DNA of 63,882 nucleotides, the filler included, from Barthelona sp. PAP020 (taxonomy: Eukaryota), in NCBI GenBank assembly GCA_040182905.1. It is 9 parts of 9 records of this genome, joined end to end, with 100 filler letters (N's around TTAATTAATTAA, not from the genome) between each part and the next. Parts side by side here need not be neighbours in the genome. Positions count along the whole stretch, not along the records: positions 42,764 to 49,748 come from JARQWU010000519.1; positions 49,849 to 56,817 come from JARQWU010000520.1; 7 more parts are not named here. One strand, 5' to 3'. Shown here piece after piece: positions 46,826-56,817 of this stretch (positions within the stretch are counted from its first letter, which is position 1; every line of letters starts with the position of its first letter). The position numbers and the translations under genes are program-made. The notes beneath the pieces were generated by a model. That model did not search any database. It saw nothing but the letters and a program-made list of their open reading frames with translations, and was not told where the DNA came from.

Positions 46826-49588
46826 TTATTTTATTGTTTGTTGAATAAATATCCATAAATCTGATGAATCATAGTATTTTTTAAGGAGTTTTCTCACATC
46901 ATCAATTTTATTATGTCTTAAGTATATTAAAGCTAAATAATCATAACAATTAACATTTAAAAATATTGCTGTGACCAAATAATCAACAGATTGATCGAAA
47001 TTTTGAGTGATATAACCCAACCATTTCCAGGCTTCACCATGCGATTTATTCAATTGAAGACTTTTAAAACAATATTTTAAACATTTTTTAGAAGGTTGTG
47101 GAATTGTTAAATTTATTTTGGATGATTCTTCAAAATCAATTGAATTATCTAAATCTTCATAATAAATCATGATTGACTTACATAGATATGAAACAAAATT
47201 TTGTTTGGAAAGACTAAAAAAAATTTGGTCAAAAAAATTCTTTTCACAAAAATTTTTGCCTGCTTCAATTTTTTTACAAACTAAAATTTGTAAAACTTTT
47301 GTTTTTAATTGATCAGAACCACTATTAATAATATCCCAACAATTAATTAATGAGTGTATAAGTATATCAATTATTGTTTTGTGATTTAAGTTATTAATGA
47401 AAACGTAACGAAACAGGTCAAAAGAAATGTTTTCATAATCATCATTAAATTCTTCAATTACTATACCATCATCCAATTTATCATAAACCTCATCAGATGG
47501 TCTTTCTGAATCAAAAGTTTGACCAAAATCAAAAAATACAATCTTTAAAAATTCCAAAGTTTCTTTAATTTTATCTGTTGTGTGATGAAACATCAAAGCA
47601 GGACATACTTTTTTCAACCATAATTGAGAAAAACTAATTTGTTTCAAAGAGTCAATTCTTTGTTTATCAAACATCGAATCAAATAACAAATGTAAGTTTA
47701 ATCTTTTTAAACAATAGCAATAAAAAATGTATGTTGCTGGGCATTCATACAAATGATTTGAAGTTTCTAACAGTGTTTTTGCTTGAAAAATTTTATTTCT
47801 TTCCAGCAAAAGGCTTGTCAATATTAATATAAAGGAATCATCAATTGTTGTATTGATACTAGATAAAAGAAAAAAAAGTGTGTTTTTTTGTTGAATGTTT
47901 AAAAATTTGTAGATTAATTCAATTATTTTAAAAATTTCCAAAATTTTCACTTGTAAATAATTTGAACTTAAATTTTCCACTTGCAATTGTTCAATACATT
48001 GTTCAAAAACAAAATTATAATCATCAATGCAACCAAAATGAATCAAAGATACCCAAAAATAAAAATTTATTTCGTTTCCAATTAAAGAATACTTAATTTC
48101 TTTTTCAATTTCTTCATATCTAGTGAACATGTCCAAACATTGACGATTATTAGTAAACAAATATTTTCTCCCTTTTATATATACTGTTAACTGTTCAAAT
48201 AAAGGTTCCTTGACATGTGGTAGTTGATTAAGATTCATGTTTTCAATTTCTCTATCTTTTTCCAAAATAATTAAATTTTCGAAAATTCCAATATTTTGAG
48301 ATAATTTTTCATCAGAAAACGTTTCATTCTTCAAAAAATCATCCAATTCATCAAACTTTTTCAATTTTACAAGGGCGAAAACAGTCACCAAGTGAAATTT
48401 ATATTTTATGCTCAAATTTAACGCCTTTTCAGGATCTGTAAACAGATAATGATTTGTTTGAAGTTCAAAAACCTTATTCTTCAAAAATTCACACGAAATT
48501 CCCAATTTTTCAAAACATTCACAACCTTCAATAAATTCATTAAAAACAGTTTCAAAAAGATCAAAATTAGAAAATTTAACCATATGTTTCATTCGTACAT
48601 AATTGGTAAATACTGTGGCTTTTTCTATCATCAAATTCCTATGATACTTGTTAGCATCATATATCCGTTTTGCTATGACCAAATCATGAAATTTAATGTC
48701 TTCATTGATAACAACATCATTATCAGGTTCTAAAACCAACTGTTGATATAATGAAAAAAGTTTGAAAAAGTTTGACTTTTGGAAAATTTTGGATTGTATT
48801 TTATCAATGTTTCCAATCAATATCTCAAATAAAATAACTTTTTCAAACAAAACTTCATCAATTTGAAAATTTTCAACATTTTTCAAAATTTCATCATTTT
48901 CTCCCAAACTTTCAAAATTTTCATCATTTTCTTTCAATTTAAATATTTTTAAAATTGTTTCATCGACATCCAAATTTGCAATAAAATCAGGCATTCTATT
49001 CACATTTTTCAATTTATCAATTTCAATGATAGAAGTTGGATGCTTATATTTTTTAAACAAAAGGTAAATGGGTTTTGGCATTTGGTTTAAATCAGGATAA
49101 TGAAAATTCTGCTTCAAAAGTTCAAAAATATCAAAATTTGATGTTTCTAATCCCGTCACATCTAATAATATGTACATGATTAATAACCACATTGTCATGT
49201 TTTCATTCAAACTTAAATCACTTTTCTTTTTTATTGCTTTTAGAAATTTTCCTTGAATTAACACATCTAAACACTGTTCAAAAGCTTGTGGTTTATCTTT
49301 TAGACCTTCTCCTATTAAAGCACACAAGTGTAAATAGGTACAAAATAATTTAAGCTGATTTCGTTCTTTTGATTTTAAAATCTCACTTCTGTTTAATGTT
49401 GCAGATATTGATTGTTTAACAAGACCATAATTTAATAAATTCAAATGATATAATCCCAAACAAGCAAAAGGATATGGATCATTTCCATCAAATGTCTTTG
49501 ATTCCATGATTAAAGCCAATGCTTCTTGGACTTCATCATCAATTAACAATTGATTCACAATTTGAATCAATTGACTCATAACATCCAA
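46826..49588 (-). CDS. Large alpha-helical (TPR-like) protein
   Basis: 920-aa ORF; C-terminal CF.KSLQLN..H.EAW..LG TPR-like segment. Confidence 0.65.
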   Translation of the reverse strand: MDVMSQLIQIVNQLLIDDEVQEALALIMESKTFDGNDPYPFACLGLYHLNLLNYGLVKQSISATLNRSEILKSKERNQLKLFCTYLHLCALIGEGLKDKPQAFEQCLDVLIQGKFLKAIKKKSDLSLNENMTMWLLIMYILLDVTGLETSNFDIFELLKQNFHYPDLNQMPKPIYLLFKKYKHPTSIIEIDKLKNVNRMPDFIANLDVDETILKIFKLKENDENFESLGENDEILKNVENFQIDEVLFEKVILFEILIGNIDKIQSKIFQKSNFFKLFSLYQQLVLEPDNDVVINEDIKFHDLVIAKRIYDANKYHRNLMIEKATVFTNYVRMKHMVKFSNFDLFETVFNEFIEGCECFEKLGISCEFLKNKVFELQTNHYLFTDPEKALNLSIKYKFHLVTVFALVKLKKFDELDDFLKNETFSDEKLSQNIGIFENLIILEKDREIENMNLNQLPHVKEPLFEQLTVYIKGRKYLFTNNRQCLDMFTRYEEIEKEIKYSLIGNEINFYFWVSLIHFGCIDDYNFVFEQCIEQLQVENLSSNYLQVKILEIFKIIELIYKFLNIQQKNTLFFLLSSINTTIDDSFILILTSLLLERNKIFQAKTLLETSNHLYECPATYIFYCYCLKRLNLHLLFDSMFDKQRIDSLKQISFSQLWLKKVCPALMFHHTTDKIKETLEFLKIVFFDFGQTFDSERPSDEVYDKLDDGIVIEEFNDDYENISFDLFRYVFINNLNHKTIIDILIHSLINCWDIINSGSDQLKTKVLQILVCKKIEAGKNFCEKNFFDQIFFSLSKQNFVSYLCKSIMIYYEDLDNSIDFEESSKINLTIPQPSKKCLKYCFKSLQLNKSHGEAWKWLGYITQNFDQSVDYLVTAIFLNVNCYDYLALIYLRHNKIDDVRKLLKKYYDSSDLWIFIQQTIK

Positions 49589-49848
49589 AAATATTAAAAA
49601 AAAAAAAAATTTATTTACTTTTTATACAACAAAAATTTATATTAGGCAGACACACTTATTATCATTAATTATTGTCAGTAGCAGCCAAAGCACCGCTTAT
49701 GTCAACGGGCAATGGAACAAAGACCTTGATATTCTTTGATTTTTGAACNNNNNNNNNNNNNNNNNNNNNNNNNNNNNNNNNNNNNNNNNNNNTTAATTAA
49801 TTAANNNNNNNNNNNNNNNNNNNNNNNNNNNNNNNNNNNNNNNNNNNN

Positions 49849-50103
49849 CACGGTTCTTCTCAATTGTTGCGAGACAGATTATTCTTGAATTCAGACAGAT
49901 ATGATATTTGGATTTGTGATCGTTGTGGTTTAATTTGTCAATTGGACTCGAATGGTAAGCCTCACTGTAAGAATTGCGGTGGTGTTCATGAAGATTATTC
50001 TTTGGTTGAGGTTCCCTATGCTACAAAATTGCTTTTCCAGGAATTGATGGCAATGTGTATTTTGCCCAGATTAAGGACTGAAGTTGTTTATAAAACAAGG
50101 TGA
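49849..50103 (+). CDS. RPB2: RNA polymerase second-largest subunit, C-terminal fragment (Pol II type)
   Basis: HG...L.DRLF..SD.Y, CDRCGL..CKNC, PYATKLLFQELMAM.I.PR. Confidence 0.85.
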   Translation, partial: HGSSQLLRDRLFLNSDRYDIWICDRCGLICQLDSNGKPHCKNCGGVHEDYSLVEVPYATKLLFQELMAMCILPRLRTEVVYKTR

Positions 50104-50285
50104 TGCAAATGATGTTTATTTTCTTTTCCCCCCATTTACAATTTTTCAATAAATTTTTTTCTTTTCTTTTTCCCTTTTATTTCAATGGAAATTGAATAAA
50201 AAATTTCATTTGAACAATGGAACGTATTTATCAAATATAAAGCTTTCTTTTTTGCTTTATTAGATTTTTTCTTATCAAATACCCA

Positions 50286-50881
50286 ATGAGTTTTGCCAAA
50301 ACTTTCTTCGATATTACAATTGGTGGTGAGCCAGCCGGTAGAATTGTTTTTGAATTATTTACAAAAGCACTTCCAAAAACTACAGAGAACTTTGTATGAA
50401 ACCTTTGATTTTTTTTGATTCTAACGATGTAGATTGCTCTTTGCAGGGGTGATAGAACTTATAATGATATAAATCTTTCTTATAAGGGTTCTTCTTTTCA
50501 TCGTGTTATTAAGAATTTCATGATTCAAGGTGGTGATTTTACTAATCACAATGGAACCGGTGGTTTATCTATTTATGGAGAACGCTTTGAGGATGAAGGT
50601 TTTAGATTTAATCATACCCGTCCTGGTTTGCTTTCTATGGCAAATGCTGTATTAATTTTAGATTTTTGCTTATTTCACTAACATTTTAGGGACCTGATAC
50701 CAATGGATCTCAATTTTTTATCACTACTGTTGCCACACCTCATCTTAATAAGCGTCATGTTGTTTTTGGAAGAGTTTTTTCTGGTTATGAAATTGTTCAA
50801 AGGATTGAAAATCTTGAAACAAATAGAATGGATAAACCGCTTCAACCTGTTATTGTTGCTGATTGTGGTGTTCTTGAATAA
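50286..50881 (+). CDS. Cyclophilin-type PPIase; 3 exons, 50286-50393, 50433-50648, 50690-50881 (absent from the ORF track)
   Basis: [69 protein letters not shown]. Confidence 0.96.
50394..50432 (+). other. Spliceosomal intron, 39 nt
   Basis: GTATGA...CTAAC-GATGTAG; contains an in-frame TGA. Confidence 0.93.
50649..50689 (+). other. Spliceosomal intron, 41 nt
   Basis: GTATTA...CTAAC-ATTTTAG; removal restores MANAGP. Confidence 0.93.
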
Positions 50882-50986
50882 TTCTGTTTTAGAATTAGTT
50901 GGTTGTTTATAAAATTTGTTAACCGTCATTTGTTTGTTTTCAAAAAAAAAAAAAGACACCTTAAACATGTTTATTAATGGAGCTTT

Positions 50987-52807
50987 TTAGTTCTTCCAGT
51001 TCTCTAAAATCTCAACAATGTGAGTAAAATTAAGTTCAACTGCAATATCAATCAGATTTGAAATTTGTTCAATATCTTGATCCATTTTAGTATTATTATC
51101 CAATAAAGCTTTAAGTATGACTTCATTTCCAGTGGAACAAGCATACATTAAAGCGGTTTTTCCATTTTGATCAACAAAATTTGCATTTAATTCGGTAGAA
51201 CCATCCAAAAAAGAAACAACTGTTTCCGCATCATTCTCTCTTGCTGCTAAACATAAAAGCTCTTCTTTTATTAAGTTATCCACATCAGTTATTGTGGGTT
51301 CTTCTTTGTGTTCCTCAAAATTTAAATTAATTTTGGTATTTTTGTCTTCAAATTTTTTTTCATCTGTTTTGCTTTCTACCATATCCTGATTACTATCTTT
51401 AAAAGGATGGATATCATTTGAAATAAGTTCTTCCATTTCTTTATAATTTTCCTCCTTTGATTTTTCAATATTTGAAGGATCTGAGACATTTTCTTCTTTC
51501 TTTATGGGTGTAAATCCAGATTTTTTTTGGTTAATTGGATAATCAGAAATGAAATGCAATATGACCATTTGAACTATAAAAATCAAACCAAACAAACATA
51601 CAAATATCAGTGAATTTTGATAATCTCCAAAAATATCCGCAAGATAAGCAAAAATATATGTAATAATTGTTTGTCCTAGGTTAAGCAACGTATAATAATA
51701 ATTTAAAGCCTTGAAATTTAATCTATTCGGCAGACAAATGGAAATAATGCCATTTGATTGTACAGATATGATACCATAAAACGCTCCCTGAATAAAAATA
51801 ATTATTATTGGAGAAATATCTGTTAGTAAGGCAATTGGAGTTAAACAGAGTATTATCAAAGTGACAATATGTCCTATACCACGTTTACCAATTCTATCAT
51901 AAATATAACCGCCAATGATAGATGATAGACATGCAGAAACTGAATGTAATGACAAATACAATGAACTGTCTGTTTCATTAATGCCCTTTTCTGAACAAAT
52001 TGCCACAAAAAATGAAACAATTGTTAAAGGAATACCAAAGGATGCAAACATTGAAATAATGATGAACCAACTTTCTTTATTAAGATTTTCTCCTTCATAT
52101 CCATCATCTTTTACATCTAAAGTGGAATTTATTGAAGCGGAAACAACATCATTCTCCAAAAAAGATGTTTTATCATTTTGTTCCATTTTTTCGGTGGTTT
52201 TAAGCTTTCTTTCTTTCAGCAATTTATCTTGAAAACAAGCGAATATACAAGAACATAAAGATATCAACGTGAAAATTGAGTAAATAAGAAATGCTATAGA
52301 TAAAGAAAAATGACTAACTATTCTAACAAAGACAATTGATGAAATACCCATTAACATACGACATGAAGCAAAAAATAATCCAACAAAAAAAGAGTAATTC
52401 GACTCTTTTGTAAAAGTACGAATAAATGAAATGCTTGAACAAGCAACAATTTCTCCACCTAAACCAAATAAAATTCTTCCAATTATAAATAAAAAAAAAT
52501 TGCTATTAAAAAGAGCAAACATTATCGAAGCCAGGAAAATCAAAAAACTTGCTGTAATTGTCACCAAATAATGTCCAAACATTTTATCAAACCATGGTAC
52601 TATGGGTAATATTATAATATTAGGTATTGTATAAGCTAAATAAAAAAATGAATACTGTGAATTGCTTAAATTTAATGTTTGTTTCAATGTAGTACTTACA
52701 TATGCTGGTGTATCCATTAATATCCAATAACACCAATACATGGGAAATATTAATATGATCATCCATTTGTTCTTCTCTATTAAAGTCTTTTCTTCATCAT
52801 TTTTCAT
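50987..52807 (-). CDS. MFS transporter (MFSD1-like) with C-terminal ankyrin repeats
   Basis: YT.PN, GRILFGLGGE, GYIYDRIGKR, ~12 TM; tail LLCLAAREN, DQNGKTALMYAC..GN, IVEIL. Confidence 0.85.
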   Translation of the reverse strand: MKNDEEKTLIEKNKWMIILIFPMYWCYWILMDTPAYVSTTLKQTLNLSNSQYSFFYLAYTIPNIIILPIVPWFDKMFGHYLVTITASFLIFLASIMFALFNSNFFLFIIGRILFGLGGEIVACSSISFIRTFTKESNYSFFVGLFFASCRMLMGISSIVFVRIVSHFSLSIAFLIYSIFTLISLCSCIFACFQDKLLKERKLKTTEKMEQNDKTSFLENDVVSASINSTLDVKDDGYEGENLNKESWFIIISMFASFGIPLTIVSFFVAICSEKGINETDSSLYLSLHSVSACLSSIIGGYIYDRIGKRGIGHIVTLIILCLTPIALLTDISPIIIIFIQGAFYGIISVQSNGIISICLPNRLNFKALNYYYTLLNLGQTIITYIFAYLADIFGDYQNSLIFVCLFGLIFIVQMVILHFISDYPINQKKSGFTPIKKEENVSDPSNIEKSKEENYKEMEELISNDIHPFKDSNQDMVESKTDEKKFEDKNTKINLNFEEHKEEPTITDVDNLIKEELLCLAARENDAETVVSFLDGSTELNANFVDQNGKTALMYACSTGNEVILKALLDNNTKMDQDIEQISNLIDIAVELNFTHIVEILENWKN

Positions 52808-53019
52808 TATTTAATTTGTATTAATATTAATATCAATATAGGTTTCAACAAATAAATGAATAAGTTACCTCATATTCAAAAGATTTCAATTTCTCTTTTT
52901 TATTCAATTTTTAATTATTATATTTCTAATATTTTATTTAAACAATTGTCTCTTTTTTTTTTAAAAATTCTCACTTGAATAAAAAGTTATGAAAATGCAA
53001 ATCATCATTTTTTTTTCTT

Positions 53020-53405
53020 CTTGCACGAACCTTTTCCAGAACTTTCCCAAATCAGACATTGGGAATCTCAGTTGATTAATAAATAATAGACCTTAACCTT
53101 TATTCTTTTCGGGAGTTTCTAGCGTTCCTGAAAGGTCCTCTCTTTATTAAGACCTACTCTTTCATATGCTGTTGTAGGAGAACTATGCCTCATGTGGGAT
53201 GTGAAATACCACCTTACTAATTGCTGAAAAGAGCTTTAAGCTCCGATATATTTAAAATTTATCTTAATTGTGTGATTTTCTTGCATTCATTGTGCCGGGT
53301 CAAAAATTTGGGTTTAAGTTAAGGATAAGTTCCGTATCTTGAGGAAAAAAGGAAGAATCGGAAAATTTCAATTCGACAAAAATGACAGGCTTGTGAACTC
53401 ATTTT
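53020..53405 (+). repeat. Dispersed structured element, longest copy
   Basis: 53156-53398 is ~84% identical (hand count) to the reverse complement of 56573-56817; several hairpins; T-runs at both ends; more GC-rich than the flanks. Confidence 0.9.
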
Positions 53406-53428
53406 TTTTTTTTTTTTTCAAATATCAG

Positions 53429-53950
53429 ATGCCCATAGAAGACGAATCTTCAAGTTTATTAGTGCTTGCATATGCACATGAATTATATCAAACAATTGAA
53501 ACAATGACAAGAAAGTATATACAACAAATAGAAAATAGTGATTCAAGAACCTTGAAGAAGAATGAAGAATTGACTACTATTTTACAAACTTTAATGAAGG
53601 ATTATAATAATTTGAACAGACATTTACAATATTTGACCAATGTTGTTGAACACAATAAAGAAAATATTGATGTTTTAGTAGAATTAACCAATTCATTGGA
53701 ACAAGACATTGAATCAGTCATCGAATTAGGTATTCAAAGAAAGATACAAAATGAGCGTGTGAAAGAAATCAAACTTTTTTGTGAGGAAATTTCTAAATTT
53801 CCAGAAACCATTGATTTAATTGATGAAATTAACATTGAAATCAATCAATTAAAGAAATTAGATGACGATTATGTCATTTTGAAACAAGATTTGAACAAAA
53901 AAATTCACAAGATATCCTATTTATTAAACGTGACATTGATTGACTCTTAA
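53429..53950 (+). CDS. Coiled-coil hypothetical protein
   Basis: ATG at 53429 after a T-run; heptad-rich 173 aa. Confidence 0.65.
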   Translation: MPIEDESSSLLVLAYAHELYQTIETMTRKYIQQIENSDSRTLKKNEELTTILQTLMKDYNNLNRHLQYLTNVVEHNKENIDVLVELTNSLEQDIESVIELGIQRKIQNERVKEIKLFCEEISKFPETIDLIDEINIEINQLKKLDDDYVILKQDLNKKIHKISYLLNVTLIDS

Positions 53951-54017
53951 AGTTTTATAATTACAATATTTTTGCACTGTTATCAATCATATTTTGTGTG
54001 TTTAGGCTTTAATGACA

Positions 54018-55466
54018 TTATTCTTCGAAAGATTTTAGAATTTCCAACAATTCATTAAAAGCATCATTTTCTTCTTGATCTTGAAATTCAAAAGTTAAAT
54101 CGCTTCTCTTACCACCAGAAACAACGTGTTCTAAACATTCCATAACGATTTCTTCACCCAAAATGTTTTCTAAATGAACCAATCCTGCAAGATCTCCTTT
54201 TTCATCATATTCATCCATATGTTGTACATCTCCAGTCAATAATTGGAAAGCGTTTTCAGCAACCTCGAAATCTTTTGCTACTTTGTTTAATAAATCATTG
54301 TTTATGCTGTTTTTTTTGAACAAATTGTAATAATTTTGCATCAATTCACTATCAGGAGCATAAACACTTGATAAAGATCGAATACAATAATTTTGAAATA
54401 TCTCAAATTGTCCTGGTAAAGTATCTTTAATTTTTGGATCATTATATAACTTGCACAAAACTTTTGAAGCTTCAATGAACTTTAATGTGGCATAGGCATG
54501 TAAACCAAGATCGATAAGAAAAGGATTAACCATTAAAACGTTATCCCCTTCTAACTCATTCAAAGATTCAGAAACCTCTGGTAATTGATTCGAGAACTCA
54601 ATTATTTCTCCAATTATTGAAGGAATCTGATAAACTGAACATGAATTAGGCAATTCCTCACTTAGGTTACAAGGTAACTCAATCTCATATTTGCTAAACT
54701 CTTCCAGTATATTAATACGATTTGAATGGGACAACAATAAAGAAGAATTGGAGAAATATTCACACAGAATATCTATAATAACCAACGAATTCTTAAAGTA
54801 TGCAATAGTTTCCTTTGATAATTCAGTAAAAGCTAATCTTGTTCTGACAGATTGCTCCCATTTTCCAATTTCATTCAAACAACTGAAGATATAATCACCA
54901 ACAGAAGCTTTTTCGATTAAGGTATCAATAGATTCGTTCAAAATCATCAAATCCTCTTCAAATGGCTTTCCTTCAATTGATTTTTCGATTAATTCGTCCA
55001 AAATAAAATCGACATCTTTCAACGAATACAAATTTTTGAATTCTTTTTTTAAAAAATTAATTAAATATTCAATATCAGAACATTTTTCGGTAGAATTAAT
55101 GTATTTCTTTCCAAAATTGTTTATTGTTGAAAAAATATTGTAGATAATTGATTTCATTACCCTTAATATGTTCACACTCACATTTATTGTGTCTTCTTTA
55201 GTCTTAATCTCAATAATATTAGACAAAAATCCACAAATACACCCTTGTAAATATGGAATTTGAAAAATAGAATATTCTTCTCCAACACAGTGATTTAAAT
55301 AGGTATAAAAAGATTCTTTTAAATTAATTTCCAAAATATTAGATGATAATAACTTAGTTTCGAAATTTTGGGATTCAATCCAATTCTTTTCATCCAAAAA
55401 TTTAATATTTAATTCATTTAATATCTCTTCAATAGGTTGAAGATGTCCTTCAAAGCCAGATGCCAT
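54018..55466 (-). CDS. Hypothetical acidic helical protein
   Basis: 482-aa ATG-initiated ORF. Confidence 0.7.
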   Translation of the reverse strand: MASGFEGHLQPIEEILNELNIKFLDEKNWIESQNFETKLLSSNILEINLKESFYTYLNHCVGEEYSIFQIPYLQGCICGFLSNIIEIKTKEDTINVSVNILRVMKSIIYNIFSTINNFGKKYINSTEKCSDIEYLINFLKKEFKNLYSLKDVDFILDELIEKSIEGKPFEEDLMILNESIDTLIEKASVGDYIFSCLNEIGKWEQSVRTRLAFTELSKETIAYFKNSLVIIDILCEYFSNSSLLLSHSNRINILEEFSKYEIELPCNLSEELPNSCSVYQIPSIIGEIIEFSNQLPEVSESLNELEGDNVLMVNPFLIDLGLHAYATLKFIEASKVLCKLYNDPKIKDTLPGQFEIFQNYCIRSLSSVYAPDSELMQNYYNLFKKNSINNDLLNKVAKDFEVAENAFQLLTGDVQHMDEYDEKGDLAGLVHLENILGEEIVMECLEHVVSGGKRSDLTFEFQDQEENDAFNELLEILKSFEE

Positions 55467-55613
55467 TATAATTCAATTAAAAAAAAAGAAGTTTTCTTTA
55501 TTTTATTTTTGATAACAAACTCATTTTTCACAAAAGTATATTTACACATTGCTAACATTAGCCACTAATAAAAAGTTACAAAGCTATTAAAAAGGATGAT
55601 GCAAAATAAAACT

Positions 55614-55850
55614 CTATAATTTTTCATAAATTCCTTTCATTGAAATAAGAGATTTTTTTAAATTATGAAATTGAGAAGGTGACATTTCAACAGTTCTACT
55701 AATTCGTTTGTTAATGTCATTAGGTGATTGAAAAATAAACTTTGCCAAAACATAAGGAATTTTTTCGTTCGAATTTGTTGAACCTATCTGCATGCATATA
55801 CTAAACTCTGCATCTACCAATTCATATGTAAAATTTGATTGAGCATTCAT
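55614..55850 (-). CDS. Minimal COMM-domain protein (COMMD6-like)
   Basis: LVD..F...M.I.S....PYV...EMS..QF.N matches the COMM pattern; 78 aa, no helical N-domain. Confidence 0.7.
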   Translation of the reverse strand: MNAQSNFTYELVDAEFSICMQIGSTNSNEKIPYVLAKFIFQSPNDINKRISRTVEMSPSQFHNLKKSLISMKGIYEKL

Positions 55851-55922
55851 TGAAAATATAAAATATATGTGAAGAGAAGAAAAGTAATTCTTTATTTATT
55901 TTTTTCTTTTTTCAATTCCACA

Positions 55923-56423
55923 ATGGGACCATCTGCTTCTTTAACGAAAGAAGAAATCGAAAAATTAGAAGAAACATTGCAGTTTTCTTCAAAGGAATTG
56001 AAATTCTTTTCTGAAAGATTTGCTTTGTTGTCTGAAAATTCAGATGGTGTTGTATATCCATCTGACTTTAATAAAATTCCTGAATTAATGCATAATCCGC
56101 TGTTTGATAGAATAATTTCGAGATTGATAAATCCTTCAGGTGTCATTGACCACAAAAAGTTAATTCAAACCATTTCTTATTTCAAAGAACCAGGATTAAC
56201 TGCAAATAAAGTTGCATTTATTTTTAATATTTTTGATATTGATGAAGACAGCAAGCTATCCAGGAATGATGTGACTCAATTGTTAAAAATGGTAACCGAA
56301 TCGACTGTATCTTCAGAACAATTATCGCAAGTTGTTTCTGAAATTTTCCGTCAGGCTGATACTGTTGATGAGATGATCAATTTTGAAGATTTTGTTGAGT
56401 TGTGTGAATTCTATTTGAAATAA
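55923..56423 (+). CDS. Calcineurin B-like EF-hand protein
   Basis: MG N-terminus (myristoylation), FS..EL.....RF..L, IPELMHNPLFDRII, K..F.F.IFDIDED. Confidence 0.85.
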   Translation: MGPSASLTKEEIEKLEETLQFSSKELKFFSERFALLSENSDGVVYPSDFNKIPELMHNPLFDRIISRLINPSGVIDHKKLIQTISYFKEPGLTANKVAFIFNIFDIDEDSKLSRNDVTQLLKMVTESTVSSEQLSQVVSEIFRQADTVDEMINFEDFVELCEFYLK

Positions 56424-56563
56424 ATATATAAAATAAACTGATCGTAAGTTCCTTTTTTGGAATTTTAAAGGAGAATAACTTTATTATTAAGTTAATGTAT
56501 TTAGTCTTGTAAATTTTTTTAAGATCGTAAATCTTTCTTTTTAAGGTATTAAAAAAAATAAAA

Positions 56564-56817
56564 ATGAGGGTTGTTCACATGCCCATTATTTTTGGCGAAT
56601 CGAAATTTTCCGATTCTTCCTTTTTCCCTCGAGGTACGGAACTTTTCCTTAACCTACCCCCAAATTTTTGACCTGCCACGATGAATGTATGAAAACTTGC
56701 ACAATTAGGATAAATTTTTAAAAATATCGGAGCGTTAAGCTCTTTTGAGCAATTAGTAATGCAGTATTTCACATCCCGCATAGGGCGTAGCTCTCCTACG
56801 AAAGCCTATGAAAGAGT
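56564..56817 (-). repeat. Dispersed structured element, copy truncated by contig end
   Basis: Inverted homolog of 53156-53405. Confidence 0.9.

Noticed and set aside
50678..50968. ORF-track calls 50678-50968 (-) and 50703-50912 (+)
   Set aside because: They overlap exon 3 of the spliced cyclophilin in other frames.
53020..53405. Fragment of LSU rRNA or RNase P RNA
   Set aside because: Only short scattered matches (GCACGAA, TGAAATACCAC, TAAGTTCCG), not collinear with rRNA; no conserved P4 pairing.
56575..56781. 68-aa ORF inside the element
   Set aside because: Frameshifted by single-base indels in the 53-kb copy and largely deleted in the 36-kb copy.
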